This document shows positions 16,335 to 21,827 of a stretch of DNA of 21,827 nucleotides, piece after piece. The notes below the pieces were generated by a model, which did no database searches, was not told the origin of the DNA, and saw only the letters and a program-made list of their open reading frames with translations. The stretch comes from an uncultured archaeon (GTDB taxonomy: Archaea > Asgardarchaeota > Thorarchaeia > Thorarchaeales > Thorarchaeaceae). How positions within the stretch are numbered: the stretch's first letter is position 1; each line of letters opens with the position of its first letter. The position numbers and the translations under genes are program-made. The stretch spans positions 1-21,827 of the forward strand of contig CAZVZC010000034.1 in the NCBI GenBank assembly GCA_964631415.1, read 5' to 3'.

Positions 16335-18980
16335 CTAGACAATCGGTTGATATCCTGAGTATCCGGTGGTGTCGACCTTCGTTTCAGCACTGCTCAAGAC
16401 CTGTCTAATGCTGTCGAGTGCTCCGAGCTTGAAGAGTGGTTGGTTGTTGTTGCCACACTGGTAAGAGTAGGTGCAAAGCGGGCAGCCATCCACTGTCTTG
16501 CAGTCACAACCAGCCAGAATTGTTTCAGCCCTTTTGAATGCCTCTTCGAGCCTAGTGAACAGGAGCTTCGATGCTCCATTGCCACCCGGACTCCCATCAT
16601 AGACGAAGATGATTCCGGAATCACCCATTGATACGCCGCCTATCTCCCTCGTGCCGCCGCCCGTCAGCATGTCACTCGACTCGATGATGACATGCTCGAC
16701 TGCGTGGAATGTGCCCCCGTACAACTCAGGTACGCCCATCTTCGGGCCTTCCATGCTTTCAAGTCTGCCAGTCTTATAGCCGTTGACTGACTCCACTGGT
16801 TCCGGCATGGAAAAGGCAAAGCCACGAGTCTGGTACGTGTAGGTAAGCGGCTTCGGAAGATCAGACTTGCTCATGATTCTCCCGGAGCGGATTTCCTTCT
16901 TTACGAACCCTGTGACGGTCTGTGTCATCTCAAGACTGCAGTAAACGACACCTATTCCCAAGAGCTTCCTCTCCTCATGGACCTCGAGTATCCTAGGCAT
17001 CGTCATGTAAAGTGGGCGCGTGTAGATACTGCGATCTTGCAGTGGGACGACCTCGGCGACGCCAAGTCCAGGAGCATATCTAAAGTCGACAGACTGGTAG
17101 TTCTTCCCACCATGCAGATACGTCGCACCGGGATGGAGTTCTTGCGCAGCCATGGGCATGGAACGCTCTCCGAGGCTCTTTGCACCGGACCTAATCTCGA
17201 CCGTAGCGCCAATTCCTCTCACATTGTAGCTTCTCCATTCCTTTCTAGCTCTATTGGCGTCCTTCACCTTCACCTTGTCATCGTTCAAGACTTCCAGAAG
17301 GCCTTCCCTCTCAAGGGACTCTACTATCCTGCGCTGACGAGGGAACTGCGACAGCCTGAGCTTCCCGCTCATGGCTGCGGCGAGAAGCTGATAGCGGCCT
17401 ACCACCTCATTCTCAGGTTCCATGTACGCAGAGTCTATGTCTGTGAAATACTTGTCCGGCTTCTGGCTGTAGAATTTCGAGATGGGGTCGTTCTCTCGCA
17501 GAGCAAGCACCGCAACGCTCTCCTGACCCTTCCGTCCCGCACGTCCTATCCTCTGAGTCAGTCTTGTTATAGAAACTATCATGCTGACAACGCTGTCAAG
17601 GTCACCGATGTCAATCCCAAGCTCCAAAGTCGGTGTTGAAACCAAAACTGGAAGCGCCCCGGACTTGAACTGGTCCTCAACAGCACTTCTGTGAGCCTTG
17701 GACAGACCGGCTCTGTGAATCTCAGACTTGACTCCTACATCCTTCAGAAGCAGGTTCAGCAGCTCGGCTTCGGAGTGTGTGTTGCCAAACACCAGTGTCT
17801 TATATCCGCCCCTATTGATCATTTGAACTAGATTCACCATCATGGCGTACTTGCTCCGACCGCCGGGGTAGTACATGAAGAAGTGGAATGGTCCGCGCCT
17901 TGCAGACTTGGACTCTATGAGCTGGACTGGTCTGTCAAAGAGCTGCTCCCCGAATTCCGCCGGGTTCGAGATGGTTGCAGATGCGCCAATGACTTGGAAT
18001 CTTCCTGACTCCATCTCCAGTCGCTTCAGTATGTAGTACACATTTGCGCCCATTGACCCTGTGTACATGTGAATCTCGTCTAGCACTACATACTGAACAC
18101 TCCTCAACAGCGGGACCAGACGAGACTGATTCCATCCTAGATGGTAGTGCAGGACGTCGGGGTTGGTAAGAAGGATGTCAGGCGGGGTCTCGTAGGTCTT
18201 CTCCCTCTGGGTCTGCGGCACGTCTCCATCAAAGATACCGGCTGTGAGCCCTGATGCCTCACACATCTGCACGATCTTGTCGAACTGATCCCTGGCCAGA
18301 GCCTTTGTCGGATAGACTAGAAGAGCTCTGACCCCAAGATGTCCGAACGTGTTTCCGAAGGTCATCAGAAGCTGCTGTACAATCGGCAGGACGAATGCCT
18401 CTGTTTTACCTTGGCCGGTCGGAGCCACTATGACAACGTCCTTGCCGTCCAATATGGCAGTGACCGCCTCATCTTGGAACCTGTATAGTCGCTCAATGCC
18501 CTTGTTCCGCAACAAATCCTTCAGTCTTTTCGGAATCTTCAGGTCGCCTATGGCACATCCATACTCGGCCTCTGTCGCAGGATTGTAGCGATAGCTGACC
18601 AAGTAGTCCTGACCATTGTCAGTCAGATAACGTAGGGCCTTTGGCAGCTCGTCAACACCCTTACCCCCTGCCGCCACTAGTCTAGCGATTTCCTGAGGGG
18701 ACTGTACTCTTGAACTGGCGACTCGTGGTTTTCTCTTCTTCCCGGCTTCCTCTATCGAAACAGTTTCAATTGCTTGTCGCTTCTTGTCTGTTTTCTGCAT
18801 CGTGTCTGTTGTGAGTTCGCCTTCTCTGACGGATTCAGTATATGCCTCATAGGCCTCAAGCAGATCCCGGTACTTGCCATCGATGCTGGTACCACAGTTG
18901 CCGCATCTCACTGTCCATATCTGATCCACTTTGTATATGTCCAGCTTCGAACCACATTTGAAACAGTGAAGGACCGGCAC
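16335..18980 (-). CDS. SF2 DEAH-box helicase with C-terminal DUF1998/MZB Zn domain (Hrq1/MrfA/SftH-like) and an N-terminal zinc ribbon
   Basis: LYRFQ, APTGQGKT, YPTKALARDQ, DEIH, SAT, TPTLELGIDIG, QRIGRAGR; FHAVEH..IFVYDG..GG.G..CDCKTVDGCPLC. Start reassigned to GTG 18980 (GGGTGG RBS; 881 aa); the ORF-track extension to 19448 is antisense to the thioredoxin. Confidence 0.92.
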   Translation of the reverse strand: MPVLHCFKCGSKLDIYKVDQIWTVRCGNCGTSIDGKYRDLLEAYEAYTESVREGELTTDTMQKTDKKRQAIETVSIEEAGKKRKPRVASSRVQSPQEIARLVAAGGKGVDELPKALRYLTDNGQDYLVSYRYNPATEAEYGCAIGDLKIPKRLKDLLRNKGIERLYRFQDEAVTAILDGKDVVIVAPTGQGKTEAFVLPIVQQLLMTFGNTFGHLGVRALLVYPTKALARDQFDKIVQMCEASGLTAGIFDGDVPQTQREKTYETPPDILLTNPDVLHYHLGWNQSRLVPLLRSVQYVVLDEIHMYTGSMGANVYYILKRLEMESGRFQVIGASATISNPAEFGEQLFDRPVQLIESKSARRGPFHFFMYYPGGRSKYAMMVNLVQMINRGGYKTLVFGNTHSEAELLNLLLKDVGVKSEIHRAGLSKAHRSAVEDQFKSGALPVLVSTPTLELGIDIGDLDSVVSMIVSITRLTQRIGRAGRKGQESVAVLALRENDPISKFYSQKPDKYFTDIDSAYMEPENEVVGRYQLLAAAMSGKLRLSQFPRQRRIVESLEREGLLEVLNDDKVKVKDANRARKEWRSYNVRGIGATVEIRSGAKSLGERSMPMAAQELHPGATYLHGGKNYQSVDFRYAPGLGVAEVVPLQDRSIYTRPLYMTMPRILEVHEERKLLGIGVVYCSLEMTQTVTGFVKKEIRSGRIMSKSDLPKPLTYTYQTRGFAFSMPEPVESVNGYKTGRLESMEGPKMGVPELYGGTFHAVEHVIIESSDMLTGGGTREIGGVSMGDSGIIFVYDGSPGGNGASKLLFTRLEEAFKRAETILAGCDCKTVDGCPLCTYSYQCGNNNQPLFKLGALDSIRQVLSSAETKVDTTGYSGYQPIV

Positions 18981-19136
18981 TGAACCACCCAAGACCCTGC
19001 ACTTGGCCCGTGCAGCGCTTATCAAAGTTTGGCAGTGTCGTAGGGTGAAACATTTCAGGAGCCGAGTCGCATCACAACTGTTAAATGCGGTTGTGCGTGG
19101 TCTATGCACAACCCCCAACTGCGGAGAGGCACCTTG
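18981..19136. promoter_or_regulatory. Divergent promoter region (helicase-arcS-raSEA operon / thioredoxin 1)
   Basis: Minus-strand TTTGATAA at 19019-19026; plus-strand TTAAAT at 19081-19086; RBS GGAGAGG at 19123-19129. Confidence 0.5.
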
Positions 19137-19496
19137 ATGGTTGAAGAAATAAGGGCCGATCAGCTTGACCTGATTATCGGTAGCAGCAAACTGGTCTTTG
19201 TCGACTGTATGGCCGTGTGGTGTCATCCGTGCAAGACCCTCGGTCCAATGCTTGAGGAACTGGATGAGAAGTACAGGGAAAGAGGGTTCAAAGTCGTCAA
19301 GATAGATGTGGACAGAAACCGCGACTTCAGCATGGAGAACGAAATCAGTGGAGTACCTAGTGTCTTTGTATACAGCGAGGGCAAACGCGTTGTGTTCGAT
19401 GACGGCAGAGGAAAGAGGATGGACAGACTCGTGGGTGTGATGCCACAAGAGGCCTATACAGAGATCATTGAGAACCTGCTGTCACAGCCAGCCTAG
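19137..19496 (+). CDS. trxA: Thioredoxin (WCHPC active site)
   Basis: FVDCMAVWCHPCK..P..EEL, KIDVD, GVPS cis-Pro loop, DRLVG; RBS 7 nt before ATG 19137. Confidence 0.92.
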   Translation: MVEEIRADQLDLIIGSSKLVFVDCMAVWCHPCKTLGPMLEELDEKYRERGFKVVKIDVDRNRDFSMENEISGVPSVFVYSEGKRVVFDDGRGKRMDRLVGVMPQEAYTEIIENLLSQPA

Positions 19497-19626
19497 TCAT
19501 TGCCAGTAACGTCCCGAGCAGAGAGAACTGCGAAGAGCCGCCCATCAATCAGGGCTGCACTCCAGAACTCAAAGACAACAAGATTCATAATTACGAGAGA
19601 GCCGGATAGATGGTGAGTGATCCTGT

Positions 19627-19995
19627 TTGGTGAGCGACGTAGACCCTGCAACAATCAAGAAGGCCATCGCAGAAACAAGGCTTCTTTTCGTTGATAGTTG
19701 GGCTCCGTGGTGTGGGCCCTGTGTCGCTCTGGCACCTGTGCTCGAAGAACTGAGTGAGAAGTATGCCAGCAACCCCGACGTGAAGTTTCTGAAGATCAAT
19801 ACCCAGAACCACCCGGAGTTTGCCGCTCAGAACAACATCAACGCAATACCATGTGTATTGGTCTACTTCGAGGGTCAGCCTGCCCGTTTCGAGTCTCTAG
19901 ACACCAGAGGTGGAAAACGCGCCATGACTGACCGTCTCATAGGACTCAGGCCCGCCGCACACTATGAAACGGTGATTCACCACTTCCTTGGGTGA
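19627..19995 (+). CDS. trxA: Thioredoxin (WCGPC active site)
   Basis: FVDSWAPWCGPC..LAPVLEEL, KINT, AIPC loop, DRLIG; GGTGA RBS at 19612-19616. Confidence 0.93.
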   Translation: MVSDVDPATIKKAIAETRLLFVDSWAPWCGPCVALAPVLEELSEKYASNPDVKFLKINTQNHPEFAAQNNINAIPCVLVYFEGQPARFESLDTRGGKRAMTDRLIGLRPAAHYETVIHHFLG

Positions 19996-20024
19996 TGATT
20001 GAAGACTCATCGACCTGATGTTAG

Positions 20025-20066
20025 TTTAAAAGTGTGGACTACCCGCTGGAGAACCAGATGAGGTGA
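20025..20066 (+). promoter_or_regulatory. TATA box and RBS of the gamma-CA-like gene
   Basis: TTTAAAAG at 20025-20032 and GAGGTGA at 20060-20066, ahead of ATG 20071. Confidence 0.65.
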
Positions 20067-20070
20067 GTCA

Positions 20071-20595
20071 ATGCCAATCCATCCTTTTGGAGACCGCTTG
20101 CCGAAAGTGGACCCAACGGCGTTCGTGAGCCCTCAAGCTACTATTGTCGGAGATGTGGAGATCGGCGCCAAGACAAGCATATGGCCCGGTGCAGTGATAC
20201 GTGGTGATCAGGCCTCTGTCAGAATAGGAGACAGTACATGTGTTCAGGACAGTGTGGTCATCCACGCCCACACAAAGAACAACCCGGCCATAATAGGCAA
20301 CTTGACCATCATAGGGACTGCGTCTGTAGTTCATGGTGTGTACATAGGTGACAACGTGAACATCGGAGACGGTTGCGTGGTCTTCGATGGAGCAACGCTC
20401 GGTGAGGGTGTGATGCTGGCCCCCGGAAGCATTGTGCCGGCCAACGTTGTGATACCCCCTAGAAGCATGAACTCTGGAGCCCCGGCTGCCCAGATACGTG
20501 AGGTCTCAAGAGAAGACGTAGGCAGGCATACAGCAAAGGCCGAAACCATCGCTCAGGTGTTCCAGAAGCTGAGGAGATGGCAGACCCAAACCTGA
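20071..20595 (+). CDS. Gamma-carbonic anhydrase-like left-handed beta-helix protein (YrdA/CaiE/PaaY family)
   Basis: PKVDPTAFV..ATIVGDVEIG..SIWPGAVIRGD..QD..VIH, hexapeptide repeats, G.PA..IR and a C-terminal helix. Confidence 0.92.
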   Translation: MPIHPFGDRLPKVDPTAFVSPQATIVGDVEIGAKTSIWPGAVIRGDQASVRIGDSTCVQDSVVIHAHTKNNPAIIGNLTIIGTASVVHGVYIGDNVNIGDGCVVFDGATLGEGVMLAPGSIVPANVVIPPRSMNSGAPAAQIREVSREDVGRHTAKAETIAQVFQKLRRWQTQT

Positions 20596-20596
20596 T

Positions 20597-21724
20597 CTAC
20601 AGGGTCTCTCTCGACACACCTGTCAGGCTCTCGCAACCATCAGCTGTTATGAGAAGGATATCAGCTATTTTTGCGCAGCCAGCTTCCAAATCATGAACTG
20701 TCGGGTGCACAGAGAACACCATGCCTTCGCGCAGGCTGGACTTGCTCTCAGGTACGATGTACGGGGGCTCATGAACGTCAAGCCCGACCGAACTGCCAAT
20801 AGGTTGCATGATCTGTATTGCTGTAGGACCGTTGTTCACCATCTTCATCGCCTGAGTGGCGGCATCTGAAATCCTAGCATCCGGAGCCATCAGGTCTTGG
20901 AGAGCCCTGCTCACGGCAAGAGCAGAGTCGAACAACTTCCGTTGTGCTGCTGACGGAGTCCCGGCATGTACAGTCCGAGCCACCTCTACAAGGTACCCCG
21001 AGTGGCTTACCGTGATGTCGACAATGACCAGCTCATTGGTGTTTACTCTCGTGGCAGTTGGCTGAGCGAATGGAAAGCGAGCATGATTGCCTGCGAGAAC
21101 TGCGGCCCTGATACCGCGTAACTCACCCCCAGCTCCTCTCATCGCTGCCTCGATCTCAATTGAACACTGGGCCTCAGTCTTGCCTGCAACCACGGTTTCC
21201 AGAGCAGTCCTTACTCCAATCTCGGAGATTCTGACTGCTTGACGAATGGCATCAATCTCGGCTGCATCTTTTATCTGTCTGAGCCGCCAAAGAGCTTTTG
21301 AGAAGTCCTTGAATCCAGCTCCGGGGAGTGCAGACTTCAGACCATCGAACTCTTTCATCGAGAGTGCATCGTGCTGTATGCCAAGCATGGCGTTCTTCGC
21401 TCCCGCCTCTTTGAGAACGTCGAACACGCAGGCCCAGAAGCCCGGTCCATGTGTGGGATACCAGTCCTCAGAAAGCACGTTGGTGAAGGACCGCACCTTG
21501 GCAATCGTCGACTCCTGACCCATGGCTTCGCGTTGAAGATCAGATACTATGAGATACGGCTGCTGGCCGTCCACAAGAACACATCCAACAGGAAGACTGT
21601 CATTCGTACTCCCGTAGCCAGTCAGATACTGAACGTCGGTCTTGCGCGTGACCAGCACTGCATCCACTGACTCATGCTGCATCGCCCGATGGACTCTGTC
21701 GATTCTCTGCGGTGTGAACTGCAT
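20597..21724 (-). CDS. M24B Xaa-Pro aminopeptidase/creatinase-fold protein with degenerate metal ligands
   Basis: Creatinase_N-like N-terminus (DVQYLTGY), LRQIKDAAEID, ARTV, VGLDVHEPP, LREGMVFS, ILLITADGCESLT. Start is uncertain (21724, 21733 or 21736). Confidence 0.88.
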   Translation of the reverse strand: MQFTPQRIDRVHRAMQHESVDAVLVTRKTDVQYLTGYGSTNDSLPVGCVLVDGQQPYLIVSDLQREAMGQESTIAKVRSFTNVLSEDWYPTHGPGFWACVFDVLKEAGAKNAMLGIQHDALSMKEFDGLKSALPGAGFKDFSKALWRLRQIKDAAEIDAIRQAVRISEIGVRTALETVVAGKTEAQCSIEIEAAMRGAGGELRGIRAAVLAGNHARFPFAQPTATRVNTNELVIVDITVSHSGYLVEVARTVHAGTPSAAQRKLFDSALAVSRALQDLMAPDARISDAATQAMKMVNNGPTAIQIMQPIGSSVGLDVHEPPYIVPESKSSLREGMVFSVHPTVHDLEAGCAKIADILLITADGCESLTGVSRETL

Positions 21725-21827
21725 TGGATGCATCACTGGACCATGTATGTTCCGATCTGGCCATGAGAGGCTTCGGTCAGTCCTCTACCGTGCCAGTCCC
21801 GCCGCATTTAAGCTTCACGACAGCGGA

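Noticed and set aside
18981-19448. 156-aa N-terminal extension of the helicase in the ORF track (1037 aa)
   Set aside because: It overlaps the thioredoxin gene on the opposite strand and the promoter region; GTG 18980 has an RBS and begins a zinc ribbon.
19610-19633. 7-codon uORF MVSDPVW resembling the start of thioredoxin 2; possible frameshift or regulatory peptide
   Set aside because: Its GGTGA doubles as the RBS, and the TTG 19627 start aligns with the N-terminus of thioredoxin 1.
19992-20018. Box C (GTGATGA) overlapping the trx stop followed by CTGA; possible C/D sRNA
   Set aside because: No convincing C'/D pair at normal spacing before the next TATA box; GATGA/TCATC is explained more simply as a post-stop hairpin.
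1-21827. tRNA, rRNA, CRISPR array, IS element, integrase or provirus
   Set aside because: Intergenic spaces are short (about 230 nt or less) and show no cloverleaf, spaced repeats or terminal inverted repeats; no mobility genes were seen.

Overview
Gene-dense archaeal chromosomal window. Evidence for archaea: ArcS/RaSEA, NurA/HerA, TATA boxes and GGTGA-type RBSs. An Asgard (Thorarchaeia-like) origin is inferred from gene content, not proven. In order: (1) a minus-strand nurA-herA-mre11-rad50 end-resection operon with non-canonical motifs; rad50 runs just off the left edge and is missing from the ORF track; (2) a soluble corrinoid methyl-transfer cassette (MtrH/MtgA-like, RACo-type activator, corrinoid protein) with no substrate-specific methyltransferase; (3) a plus-strand pair of an apparently metal-dead MBL-fold protein and a 593-aa all-beta protein whose N-terminal half aligns by eye, segment by segment, with the mu-homology domain of eukaryotic AP-complex mu adaptins (top finding); (4) an operon of a DUF1998/MZB (Hrq1/MrfA-like) helicase, arcS, raSEA and a small conserved protein; (5) two tandem thioredoxins sharing an unusual insertion, a gamma-carbonic-anhydrase-like protein lacking one Zn ligand, and a degenerate M24 pita-bread pseudopeptidase. 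No tRNA, rRNA, CRISPR array or mobile element was recognised.
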